Position numbers and translations under genes: made by a program. 35,414 nucleotides of DNA from an uncultured bacterium (GTDB lineage: Bacteria; Fidelibacterota; Marinisomatia; SCGC-AAA003-L08; JACNLC01): positions 1 to 35,414 of the forward strand of contig CAZIYQ010000003.1 in the NCBI GenBank assembly GCA_964543505.1, read 5' to 3'. The notes under the pieces were generated by a model. The model did not search any database. It saw only the letters and a program-made list of their open reading frames with translations, and was not told where the DNA came from. Positions within the stretch are counted from its first letter, which is position 1; each line of letters begins with the position of its first letter. Below, piece after piece: positions 1 to 10,732 of the stretch.

Positions 1-52
1 ATCGCCCCGCTGCTGCCGCGCCGTCGCGGTCGGCGCCCGGGCGCGCTGGGCC

Positions 53-880
53 GTAAAACTTTGTGGTGCAGTCCCAGTCCCCGTTCTGCCAGAAGATGGC
101 AGTTTTTATCCGCGTCTGCAGGACATCGCACAGAATGTCACCTCCTACACAAAGGCGGTAATCATCAATAGTCCAAACAATCCCACGGGTGCGATGTATT
201 CTGAAAAATTCATTACTGAAATTGTCGAGTTCTGTGAGAAGAAAGGCCTCTACCTGATCATGGATGATATCTATCACCGGCTCATTTTTGATGGTCGAAA
301 AGTGATCAATCCCTGGCAGTTTGTGAAAGACAAATCCGAAAACTCCAAGATGATCATCGTCAATGGCGTTTCAAAACAATATGCCATGACGGGCTTTCGT
401 ATTGGCTGGGCTGTGGCCAACAAAAAGTTGATCCGCGTGATGACCAACATTCAGGGTCATCAGACTTCAGGAGCTTCAGCTGTCATGCAGCATGCCGCGG
501 TTGGAGCTTTAAATGGAGTTCAGTCCAGCGTGGAAAGCCTCAGGCTAACATTGGAAAATAACCGCAATGTCATGATGGAGCAGCTGAATGCCTTTAACGG
601 TGTACGAGCCACGTCGCCCGATGGTACATTTTATACTTTTGCGGATTTCAGTGTCTATGAAAAAGACTCCACAAAGCTGGCGAATTTTCTTCTTGAAAAA
701 GTGCGGGTTGTCACTGTTCCCGGAATTGAATTCGGACTTGATGGGCATCTGCGGCTATCTACCTGCGGATCTGTAAAAGATATATTGGTTGGGATTGAAA
801 GGATTAAATGGGCGTTGGATCCCGATTCCCCCAATGAGTTATTTATTGGCGACAGAAAATTAGTGAGAGATTGGCTATGA
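53..880 (+). CDS. PLP-dependent class I/II aminotransferase (aspartate aminotransferase-like), 5'-truncated
   Basis: The frame of ORF 194..880 is open upstream and reads VKLCGAVPVPV...AVIINSPNNPTG from nt 53. It contains DDIY and the PLP-lysine motif NGVSKQYAMTGFRIG. The N-terminus is missing at the window edge. Confidence 0.9.
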   Translation, partial: VKLCGAVPVPVLPEDGSFYPRLQDIAQNVTSYTKAVIINSPNNPTGAMYSEKFITEIVEFCEKKGLYLIMDDIYHRLIFDGRKVINPWQFVKDKSENSKMIIVNGVSKQYAMTGFRIGWAVANKKLIRVMTNIQGHQTSGASAVMQHAAVGALNGVQSSVESLRLTLENNRNVMMEQLNAFNGVRATSPDGTFYTFADFSVYEKDSTKLANFLLEKVRVVTVPGIEFGLDGHLRLSTCGSVKDILVGIERIKWALDPDSPNELFIGDRKLVRDWL

Positions 881-2529
881 CAAAATATTTAAAATTTGAC
901 ACACCCGCCGTGAGTCACGCCAAAGACCTGGCCAGTGATTTCAAGATAAGCAATCACGGCCTGGTTCATCTGGATCAGGTTTTCTGGAATCTCCCTGAAG
1001 CCGCACTTTATGAAGAAGCCGTTTTTCGCGGTGAGGGGAATATCGTTAAAGGCGGTCCTTTCATCGTAAACACCGGCAAGTGGAGTGCACGGGCTGCTAA
1101 TGACAAATATGTCGTCAAAGAACATTCCACCGAAGATAAGATCTGGTGGGGTGAATACAACAGACCCATGAGTCCGGAGAAATTCAGCGGCGTTCTCATG
1201 CGTCTGCAAGCCTATCTTCAGGGAGAAGAACTCTTCGTACAAGACCTTTACTCCGGAAGTGACCCGGACTACCGCATGCCCATCCGGATTATCACAGATA
1301 CGGCCTGGCAAAGTCTCTTTGCCAGAAACATGTTTGTGCGGATCAAAAACCAGGACGAATTAAAACGGCACGTACCGGAATTCACTCTTATTGCAGCGCC
1401 CTCTTTTAAGCTGGATCCCAGAATTGACGGCACCCGCAGTGAGACCGGCATCATCATTGATTTTTCAAGCCGTCTGGCAATAGTGGCCGGGACATATTAT
1501 GGTGGCGAAATAAAAAAATCTATTTTCACCGTAATGAATTTCTTAAAACCACTGGATAATGTCATGGCTATGCATTGTTCTGCAAATGTGGGTAAGACAG
1601 GCGATGCAGCCCTGTTTTTTGGTTTGAGCGGTACAGGGAAAACGACATTGTCTGCAGATCCTAACCGTAGCCTCATCGGCGATGATGAACACGGCTGGAG
1701 CGACGAGGGTGTGTTCAATTTTGAGGGAGGCTGCTATGCCAAAGTCATACGGCTTTCGAGTGAGCATGAGCCTGAAATTCATCAATGTACGCATCAATTC
1801 GGGACTATTCTTGAGAATGTTGTATTTGACAAAACCTCCCGAAACATCGATCTGGATGATGATCTCTTCACTGAAAATACCCGCGCATCCTACCCGCTGG
1901 ATTTTATCCCCAATGCCGTTCCGGAGGGAATGGTGAAATCTCATCCGAAAAACGTGATTTTTTTAACTGCTGATGCATCAGGTGTCCTGCCACCCATTGC
2001 CCAGCTGGATCTGGATCAGGCTATGTATCATTTCATCAGCGGCTATACCTCAAAAATCGCCGGAACCGAAATGGGTCTGGGTATCGAACCTGAAATCACT
2101 TTCAGTGCCTGCTTTGGAGCTCCTTTCATGGTGCACCACCCCTTTTATTATGCGAATCTTCTGAAAAGCAAAATCGCTAAGGTGGGTGCAAAAGTCTGGC
2201 TGGTCAATACCGGCTGGGTCGGTGGTAAATTCGGTGTGGGCAAGCGCATCAGCATCCGTCACACGCGGAATATGCTGAACGCTGCCTTAGAAGGGAAACT
2301 GGATAAGGTAAAGTATCGTACGGACAAACTCTTTGGCTTCAAGGTTCCGACAACATGCCCCGATGTTCCGGATGATGTCTTCGAACCCTCGAGTGCCTGG
2401 GGTGATAAGGATGAGTACTGGAAAAAATATGATGCACTGGCCGCACGTTACATCGAGAATTTTAAGACCTTTAAAACAGGTGTTACAGAAGAAGTCATTA
2501 AAGCAGGTCCCAAGAGACTTGCAAAATAG
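877..2529 (+). CDS. pckA: Phosphoenolpyruvate carboxykinase (ATP)
   Basis: Motifs YGGEIKKSIF, MHCSAN, P-loop GLSGTGKTTLS, IGDDEHGW, FNFEGGCYAK and ENTRASYP. The ATG at 877 overlaps the upstream TGA (ATGA). Confidence 0.97.
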   Translation: MTKYLKFDTPAVSHAKDLASDFKISNHGLVHLDQVFWNLPEAALYEEAVFRGEGNIVKGGPFIVNTGKWSARAANDKYVVKEHSTEDKIWWGEYNRPMSPEKFSGVLMRLQAYLQGEELFVQDLYSGSDPDYRMPIRIITDTAWQSLFARNMFVRIKNQDELKRHVPEFTLIAAPSFKLDPRIDGTRSETGIIIDFSSRLAIVAGTYYGGEIKKSIFTVMNFLKPLDNVMAMHCSANVGKTGDAALFFGLSGTGKTTLSADPNRSLIGDDEHGWSDEGVFNFEGGCYAKVIRLSSEHEPEIHQCTHQFGTILENVVFDKTSRNIDLDDDLFTENTRASYPLDFIPNAVPEGMVKSHPKNVIFLTADASGVLPPIAQLDLDQAMYHFISGYTSKIAGTEMGLGIEPEITFSACFGAPFMVHHPFYYANLLKSKIAKVGAKVWLVNTGWVGGKFGVGKRISIRHTRNMLNAALEGKLDKVKYRTDKLFGFKVPTTCPDVPDDVFEPSSAWGDKDEYWKKYDALAARYIENFKTFKTGVTEEVIKAGPKRLAK

Positions 2530-2569
2530 GTAGCTAATTATTGCTGTTAGAGAGGACCGGGAGACTCCT

Positions 2570-3823
2570 TTACTCTTCACACGTTGATTGGCATTCTTCC
2601 AATGTCTCAAAGGGCACGGTTCCTTGGCAGCAGCCCCAGTAAAACATCTCGCACTGTCCAGTTACGCTATTGAAAAAATAGCGGGGACAGCTGCCGTCAC
2701 AAGGGCCAATACCCGGGGGAGTGATACAATAGATTTCTGATCTAAAGGGCATTGAAAGATCCTGCAACTCATTTCTCAGGGGGACCAGGTTCACCAGCTC
2801 GTCATATATGCTGATATCAAATTCATACCACACCGTTTTGGTAGTATCTTCGAATTCCACGGCAATCCATTCGAACGGCGCATCACCTCCGGGAGTACCA
2901 TAAGTCTCGCTCAATGATAGAAAATAATCACGATTGATATTAGACTGCAAAGCTTGCCATGAAGCAATCGGGATAAATCCAGAAAGAGCTACATCAGGGT
3001 CACCACAATGGCTAATGTTGGTTAGTGTAATAGAAGTAACAGCAACCGAAAATCCAGTATCGCAGTAACACCAGGCTTCATCTTGATACATACAGCCAGG
3101 CTCTCCCGTACCGAAATATAGCGACACGATGTCCGAAGGTGGTTCACCATAAAGGATAATTTCTATCAACTGCAGGATATCTGAAATATCCACATCCCCA
3201 TCTCCGTTGAGATTTCCACGACACAACTCCAGTTCGGTAGGAGGGGTTGCGGAGAGAATAAACCACACCAGTTGAACCAGGTCCAGAATGTCGAAAGTTT
3301 CATCGTCATTAAAGTCCCCCGGTGTACAATATTCACAGTCGGAATTATCCCAATCAGCATCCGGGTCATAGTTGAAAGCGGTTGAGTCAGTGCAGCCGCA
3401 ATTATAAAAACAATAGTTCCCGATGGTGATGCATCCCCCCGGATAATAATTGCAGCCAAATGGGTCGCCGCAGCAAGAGTCTTCAACCACGATATTGAAA
3501 ATAAAAACCTGCGTCAACTCCTGTTCATCATTAGCAAAGTTCCATTCGAACCAATAAACGATTATCTCATTGATTCCGAGATCTGTTCCACCGGGGGTTC
3601 CACTGATCAGAACCGTATAAGTCATAGAATCCTGCATCTCAAGATTGACGGTTGTCCAATCCGGGTGGGAAATGATCTCCAGCGTGGACTCCTCTCCCGT
3701 ATAAAAAGTGTAGTCAGAATAACTGTATTCGAGGTTAATTCCTGCGGGGGGACAGGTGACGTAAGTGGTGTCGATTTGACCGAATAACATGGTAAACGAA
3801 AATATCAATGGTAACGTTTTCAT
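2570..3823 (-). CDS. Secreted multidomain Cys-rich protein: signal peptide, Ig-like region, GCTD-type repeats, dockerin-like EF-hand pair, C-terminal Kunitz/BPTI domain
   Basis: Likely start ATG 3823 (MKTLPLIFSFTMLFGQ). Contains GCTDSTAFNYDPDADWDNSDCEY, the pair GDFNDDETFDILDLV / GNLNGDGDVDISDIL, and C-terminal CITPPGIGPC...RYFFNSVTGQCEMFYWGCC...FETLEECQSTC. Confidence 0.85.
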   Translation of the reverse strand: MKTLPLIFSFTMLFGQIDTTYVTCPPAGINLEYSYSDYTFYTGEESTLEIISHPDWTTVNLEMQDSMTYTVLISGTPGGTDLGINEIIVYWFEWNFANDEQELTQVFIFNIVVEDSCCGDPFGCNYYPGGCITIGNYCFYNCGCTDSTAFNYDPDADWDNSDCEYCTPGDFNDDETFDILDLVQLVWFILSATPPTELELCRGNLNGDGDVDISDILQLIEIILYGEPPSDIVSLYFGTGEPGCMYQDEAWCYCDTGFSVAVTSITLTNISHCGDPDVALSGFIPIASWQALQSNINRDYFLSLSETYGTPGGDAPFEWIAVEFEDTTKTVWYEFDISIYDELVNLVPLRNELQDLSMPFRSEIYCITPPGIGPCDGSCPRYFFNSVTGQCEMFYWGCCQGTVPFETLEECQSTCEE

Positions 3824-4031
3824 AGGATGACCTTCACATATTTTATTAATTTTACGATAAATTGAGGACAAAAATTACAACATATTGTTGAATAAACAAG
3901 TTTGACGACTCAGTTATTCGTGCGCCTGACAAAGGGTATGCAGCTTAAATTTGTAGCGGTTCAGCGTTCGGATTGGCATAATTTAATTTTCAACAAACCA
4001 AATTTAAGGGTAAGTAAGATACGGGAGAAAA

Positions 4032-5231
4032 ATGTTAGAAGCATTGGTTGCAGTTGCAGGATTGATCATTGGTCTTGTTTTGGGATGGGTCATGCGTTCA
4101 CGGTCATTCGTTGATAATTCCACTGAGTTGATAGAACTACGGGAGAAGCTGGCCGATTCCCAGTCTAAGACAGCAGCGCTCAGCGCCAGGAATGAAGAGA
4201 TCCAACAGCGAATTGTAGATGAGAAAGAGCGGTTGAAAGAAGTCCGGGGCGAGATGGAAAATACATTCAAGGCATTTGCCGGTGAAGCCCTGAAAAACAG
4301 CTCTGATCAATTTTTAAAAATGGCAGGGGAAAAATTCAAATCCCTCACCGAAAAAGCTGACCAGCACTTGACTGAAAAGAAAAAGCTCATCGATCAGAAC
4401 CTATCTGAAATGGACAAAAAACTTAAGGGAATTGCAGAGCAGTCCATCGAACTGAAGGGCAATCTACAAGAAAATCGTCTGGAGACCGAAAAGCTGAGAA
4501 AGACCGCCGCCAGTTTACACGAGGTTCTGTCATCTTCTCAGAAACGAGGACAATGGGGGGAGCGCATGGTGGAAGATATCCTGCAATTCATTGGATTGGT
4601 GGAGAATATAAATTATCAGAAACAGAGTCAGGTCGAATCGGGAGAGCGTCCGGATTATACCTTCAGATTGCCCAAAGAAAAAGTATTGAACATGGATGTA
4701 AAATTTCCACTGGCCCATTACGAAAATTTCATTGCTGCAGAAGATGACTTCCACCGGAATGAAGAAAAGAAAAGCTTTTTGCAGGATGTTAAAAAACATA
4801 TCAAAGCGGTAGTAGGGCGAGCCTATATAAATCCTGCTGAAGGGACGCTAGACTATGTGATGCTTTTCATCCCCAACGAATCAATATACGGTTTCATCAA
4901 TAAGGAAGACCCCGGGTTGGTTGACTTTGCCCTGAAAAACAAAGTATTGTTATGCTCTCCCCTGACCTTGTTTGCAATTCTGTCATTGATCCATCAGGCC
5001 ACGAGTAATTTTGCCATGGAAGAACGCGCCGCTGAAGTTATGAATCAGGTAGATGCTTTCCGCAAGCAGTGGGAGATGTATGTCACAGCAATGGATAAAC
5101 TTGGTAACAGCATTGAGTCCACCCGCAAGAACTACGAAACCCTGATGAACACCCGCAAAAGACAATTGGAGAAACCCCTGAATAAAATTCATGAATTATC
5201 CCAGGGGCAACAGACCGATCTGCTGGAATAA
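4032..5231 (+). CDS. rmuC: DNA recombination protein RmuC family
   Basis: N-terminal TM helix, long coiled coil, and motifs KRGQWGE, RPD...LP...DVKFP, DYVMLFIPNESIY and SPLTL. Confidence 0.93.
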   Translation: MLEALVAVAGLIIGLVLGWVMRSRSFVDNSTELIELREKLADSQSKTAALSARNEEIQQRIVDEKERLKEVRGEMENTFKAFAGEALKNSSDQFLKMAGEKFKSLTEKADQHLTEKKKLIDQNLSEMDKKLKGIAEQSIELKGNLQENRLETEKLRKTAASLHEVLSSSQKRGQWGERMVEDILQFIGLVENINYQKQSQVESGERPDYTFRLPKEKVLNMDVKFPLAHYENFIAAEDDFHRNEEKKSFLQDVKKHIKAVVGRAYINPAEGTLDYVMLFIPNESIYGFINKEDPGLVDFALKNKVLLCSPLTLFAILSLIHQATSNFAMEERAAEVMNQVDAFRKQWEMYVTAMDKLGNSIESTRKNYETLMNTRKRQLEKPLNKIHELSQGQQTDLLE

Positions 5232-5273
5232 AATTCAAAATGCAGAATTACTAAAACTGCTTAAAGGAGAGAA

Positions 5274-5632
5274 ATGGATGACACTTATTTATATCATTAC
5301 AATGCCAAGGTGATATCAGTCTATGACGGGGACACCTGCACCGTCGATATCGATTTGGGGCTGGAATTTGGGCACGTAATGAGGAAATTCGTTTCTACCG
5401 GATCAATGCTCCCGGAGTTCGCGGACCTTCGAAAGTGGAAGGGAAAAAATCGAGAGATTATCTGCGCGGATTGATCGATAAAAAGTCTGTCATTCTGAAA
5501 ACAGTGAAAGATAAAAAAGGTAAATACGGCCGTTATCTTGCAGATGTCTGGGCAATGGGTGATCAGGGCAGTCTTTATTGTGTAAATGACCAGCTGGTAT
5601 CAGAGGGATTTGCCGAATACAAAGACTATTGA
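5274..5632 (+). pseudogene. Thermonuclease (SNase-like) family gene, frameshifted
   Basis: Frame 0 reads YNAKVISVYDGDTCTVDIDLG. The -1 frame from ~5363 continues GIWARNEEIRFYRINAPGVRG...KGKYGRYLADVW...VNDQLVSEGFA. Adding one base gives a 119-aa protein. RBS AAAGGAGA lies upstream. Confidence 0.85.
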
Positions 5633-5651
5633 TCGGTATTCATTAGGGCAA

Positions 5652-5681
5652 AAAAAAGGCGGTTTTAAAACCGCCTTTTTT
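5652..5681. terminator. Bidirectional intrinsic terminator
   Basis: Perfect 30-bp palindrome AAAAAAGGCGGTTTTAAAACCGCCTTTTTT between convergent genes, giving a U-tract on both strands. Confidence 0.9.
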
Positions 5682-5694
5682 CAATAAATAGTTG

Positions 5695-6363
5695 TTATTT
5701 TGGCCAGAGTTCCGAGCGTACCTTTAACTGCATCCCGGAATACAATTCTCCGTTATTATTATTTATCTCTGATTCATTGTCCCAGAAAAGCACCACCCAG
5801 GCATAGGGGTCGCCGTATTCTTTAGCTGCTATTGACCAGAGAGTCTCACCGCTTGTGACCGAGTGCATATAATGCTCATAGGTAAATTGTCTCGCTTCGC
5901 CCTTTGGTTTTTTCAGATCGAGTTCATGGAAAGGATAAATGAGATTTGGATTATCCCCGATTTTTTCTCGGTTCCAGGAGTAGATCCGGCGCCATTCATT
6001 GGCATTACCGTATTCGTTATAGGCGATTTGCGAGAGATTATCCCCATGCTTAATCATATAATCGACCCAGACACTATCTGTGAGTACATAGTCATAGTCG
6101 GTTTGCGGATTGATGGCGGTTTGTGAGATCGTATTGGAATCGTCAACTTCTGTGGCGATTTCTGCAACTGCGTCTTTGGCTAAAGCATCGGTGACTTCCT
6201 GAACTGCTTCAGTATCAGTGGAGACAGCTTCCATGGCGGATGTATCCTCTACGATAACATCTACCGGAACGGGTTCGGGTTCAGGTGCGGCACCACAGCC
6301 CTTTTTGGCGCAACAGCCGGTTACTAAATAAAGTGCAATTGTTATAACTAATATTTTCTTCAT
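5695..6363 (-). CDS. Lipoprotein with two LysM peptidoglycan-binding domains
   Basis: Lipobox LVTG-C, acidic linker, and LysM units YMIKHGDNLSQIA...NPNLIYP and HSVTSGETLWSIA...LYSGMQLKV. RBS GGAGG. Confidence 0.88.
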   Translation of the reverse strand: MKKILVITIALYLVTGCCAKKGCGAAPEPEPVPVDVIVEDTSAMEAVSTDTEAVQEVTDALAKDAVAEIATEVDDSNTISQTAINPQTDYDYVLTDSVWVDYMIKHGDNLSQIAYNEYGNANEWRRIYSWNREKIGDNPNLIYPFHELDLKKPKGEARQFTYEHYMHSVTSGETLWSIAAKEYGDPYAWVVLFWDNESEINNNNGELYSGMQLKVRSELWPK

Positions 6364-6444
6364 GTTTACCTCCGTAGAAAATTACTAAAATATTTGACGT
6401 TGAAACTACAAGTTTACTTGCGAAGTTTCTAACTTTATGGGGAA

Positions 6445-6840
6445 TTAATGACTGCTGACTTTGAGACGATTCATTGCTCTCTGCAAGGAGGTCTTTGCCC
6501 TGGCATGATCCTTCGTATCATCTTCCAGATATTTCCGTGCTCTCTCTGAAGCTGCTTCGGCACGTTTTCTGTCAACCTTTTCGGCAAGTTCAACCGTTTC
6601 CAAAAGTAATTGAGTCTGATCGGGGTTGATCTCGGCAAATCCGCCGCTGGTTGCCCAATAAGTGGTTTTTCCTTCTGTCACCACCTTCAGTTCACCTGTC
6701 CCAATGGAGATCAAGGCGTGGGCATGGCCGCCTTCTACACCGAAGAGGCCATCGACTCCGGGAGCACGCAGATATTCAATCGCTCCCAGATCATGGAGAG
6801 CTGTCGGTGTCACAATTTCCAGATGAAAACTACGGCTCAT
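6445..6840 (-). CDS. atpC: ATP synthase F1 epsilon subunit
   Basis: FHLEIVTP, PG..G.FGV..GH, SGGFAEI, C-terminal helical hairpin; follows atpD. Confidence 0.95.
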   Translation of the reverse strand: MSRSFHLEIVTPTALHDLGAIEYLRAPGVDGLFGVEGGHAHALISIGTGELKVVTEGKTTYWATSGGFAEINPDQTQLLLETVELAEKVDRKRAEAASERARKYLEDDTKDHARAKTSLQRAMNRLKVSSH

Positions 6841-8235
<1,395 letters not shown>

Positions 8236-8282
8236 TTATTCTGTTTCCTTCAAATTATCCTGTAGTAGCTTAATTTTATGGT

Positions 8283-9137
8283 TTACTCCGTCAGGGCTTC
8301 AGCACCGCTCACGATTTCAAGCATTTCAGTTGTTATTGCAGACTGTCGGGCTTTATTGAATTCCAATGTCAGATCCGTTATCATTTCACCTGCATTTTCA
8401 GTAGCATTTTCCATTGCAACCATGCGCGCTGCCTGCTCACTGGCATAAGATTCCAAAAGATACTTCCAAATTTGAACATTCAAATGCCTGGGCACTAACG
8501 ACTTGACGATCTCTTCTTTAGAAGGCTCGTAAATTCGGTTTCGGACAGTTTGTGTTCCCTCTTCAAATGCCAATGGAAGGAGTGTCTCATCCCGCAAAAT
8601 CTGTACGGCGACATTTTTAAATTCGTTGTACACAACCTGTACCGTATCGACTTTTCCACTGAGAAAATGACTGATGATGCCATTGCCGAATTTCATGGCA
8701 TGTTCAAAATTGAGGTCGTCCCAAAAATCGGTATGTTCCTCAATAAGCGAATAGCCCCGATGTTTAAAATAATCGCGTGATTTCTTCCCGATGCAGAACA
8801 AATCTACCTTTTCTCTACCGATCCGATCGATGTCTGCCTGTGCTTTTTTGATGGCATTAGTATTGAATGAGCCGGCGAGTCCCCGGTCAGATGAAACGAC
8901 AACTAATGCTGTCCTTTTTACTTCCCTGATTTCCAAAAGTGGCAGAGTAGAGCGTTCAACGTCCGGCAGAAGACCCACGATCACCTGTTTTAGATGTTGT
9001 GCGTAGGGACGAGCCTGTTCCATGCGTTCCTGGGATTTACGCAATTTTGCGGCAGCCACCATTTTCATAGCATTGGTCACTTGCTGAATTGAAATGACCG
9101 ATTTAATCCGGTTCCGTATATCCTTTAAATTAGCCAT
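8283..9137 (-). CDS. atpG: ATP synthase F1 gamma subunit
   Basis: AMKMVAAAK, SDRGLAG, ARMVAMENAT, RQSAITTEMLEI. Confidence 0.98.
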   Translation of the reverse strand: MANLKDIRNRIKSVISIQQVTNAMKMVAAAKLRKSQERMEQARPYAQHLKQVIVGLLPDVERSTLPLLEIREVKRTALVVVSSDRGLAGSFNTNAIKKAQADIDRIGREKVDLFCIGKKSRDYFKHRGYSLIEEHTDFWDDLNFEHAMKFGNGIISHFLSGKVDTVQVVYNEFKNVAVQILRDETLLPLAFEEGTQTVRNRIYEPSKEEIVKSLVPRHLNVQIWKYLLESYASEQAARMVAMENATENAGEMITDLTLEFNKARQSAITTEMLEIVSGAEALTE

Positions 9138-9140
9138 TGA

Positions 9141-10664
9141 TCAGACCACAAAGCCCTTTTTGAATTCAGCAATTGCCTTATTCAGTTCATTGTTGAGTTC
9201 ATCCGAGATGACGCCCTTGCTTTTGATGGTCTCTAAGGCGGAGACGTAATTATTTTTAAGATATTCCAGTAGGCCGGCTTCAAAATCTCTTACGCGGGAG
9301 ATGTCAAGGTCGTCAAGATATCCGGCATTTGCAGCGAAGATTATCGCCACCTGATCCTCGATGGACATGGGTACATACTGGTTCTGTTTAAGAATCTCAA
9401 CCATGCGTTCACCACGCGTCAACTGCTGTTGAGTTGATTTATCAAGATCTGAACCGAATTTGGCGAAGGCTTCCAATTCGCGGAATTGTGCAAGGTCCAG
9501 CCGAAGCATACCCGCGATTTTTTTCATGGCTTTGATCTGGGCATTTCCGCCCACACGAGAAACTGAAATACCAACATCAACGGCAGGACGAACCCCTGAA
9601 TTGAACAGATTGGATTCGAGATAGATTTGACCGTCGGTGATGGAGATGACGTTTGTGGGAATGTAGGCAGAGACATCACCTTCCTGAGTTTCAATGATTG
9701 GCAGCGCTGTGAGCGAACCGCCCCCAAGTTCAGGGCTCAGTTTACTGGCTCTTTCCAGCAGCCGGCTATGAATGTAAAACACATCCCCGGGATAGGCCTC
9801 ACGCCCTGGGGGACGACGCAGCAACAGGGACATCTGACGATATGCGGTAGCCTGCTTGGAAAGATCATCATAAATGATCAGGGCATGTTTACCATTGTCA
9901 CGATAAAATTCACCCATGGAAGCACCGGCATAGGGTGCGATGTACTGAAGCGGAGCGGGTTCGGAAGCACTTGCAGAAACAACGATGGTATATTTCATGG
10001 CATCTGCATTTTCAAGTTCTTTCACGACTCTGGCAACTGTTGAAGCTTTCTGACCTATTGCGACGTAAATACAGTAAACCGGAGAGTCGGTTTCATGGGT
10101 AGATTTTTGGTTGATGATCGTATCGATTGCGATAGCCGTTTTACCGGTCTGTCGATCACCAATGATGAGTTCCCGCTGACCTCTGCCAATAGGGATCATA
10201 CTGTCAATAGATTTTAATCCGGTTTGCAGGGGTTCGGTGACAGGCTGCCGGGCCATGACCCCAAGAGCTTTTCTCTCGATAGGAAGCGTCTTGTCCGTTT
10301 TGATGTCACCCTTGCCATCGATAGGCTGACCGAGTGGATTAACCACTCTGCCAAGCATTGCCTCGCCTACGGGGACTTCCACGATTCGTCCGGTTCTCCG
10401 TACGAGGTCGCCTTCTTTTACAAGGCTGCTTTCACCAAAGAGCACAACACCTACGCTGTCTTCCTCAAGATTCAGCGCCATTCCATAAACACCATTCGGC
10501 AGCTCAATCAATTCGGACGACATTACATTTTCGAGTCCGCTTACTCTCGCAACCCCATCACCAATCATGATGACTTCACCAACCTCAGCTACATCGAAAT
10601 CAATTTTAAATGCTTCGAGCTGCTGGGATAACAGTGAAGTTAATTCATCGGTATTAATTGCCAT
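9141..10664 (-). CDS. atpA: ATP synthase F1 alpha subunit
   Basis: [34 protein letters not shown]. Confidence 0.99.
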   Translation of the reverse strand: MAINTDELTSLLSQQLEAFKIDFDVAEVGEVIMIGDGVARVSGLENVMSSELIELPNGVYGMALNLEEDSVGVVLFGESSLVKEGDLVRRTGRIVEVPVGEAMLGRVVNPLGQPIDGKGDIKTDKTLPIERKALGVMARQPVTEPLQTGLKSIDSMIPIGRGQRELIIGDRQTGKTAIAIDTIINQKSTHETDSPVYCIYVAIGQKASTVARVVKELENADAMKYTIVVSASASEPAPLQYIAPYAGASMGEFYRDNGKHALIIYDDLSKQATAYRQMSLLLRRPPGREAYPGDVFYIHSRLLERASKLSPELGGGSLTALPIIETQEGDVSAYIPTNVISITDGQIYLESNLFNSGVRPAVDVGISVSRVGGNAQIKAMKKIAGMLRLDLAQFRELEAFAKFGSDLDKSTQQQLTRGERMVEILKQNQYVPMSIEDQVAIIFAANAGYLDDLDISRVRDFEAGLLEYLKNNYVSALETIKSKGVISDELNNELNKAIAEFKKGFVV

Positions 10665-10732
10665 TCATTCTCCAAAAAATTCTAATGTGTTCAACATCCG
10701 GTTTAAAAAATTGTTTTAAGTTTCTATTACTA

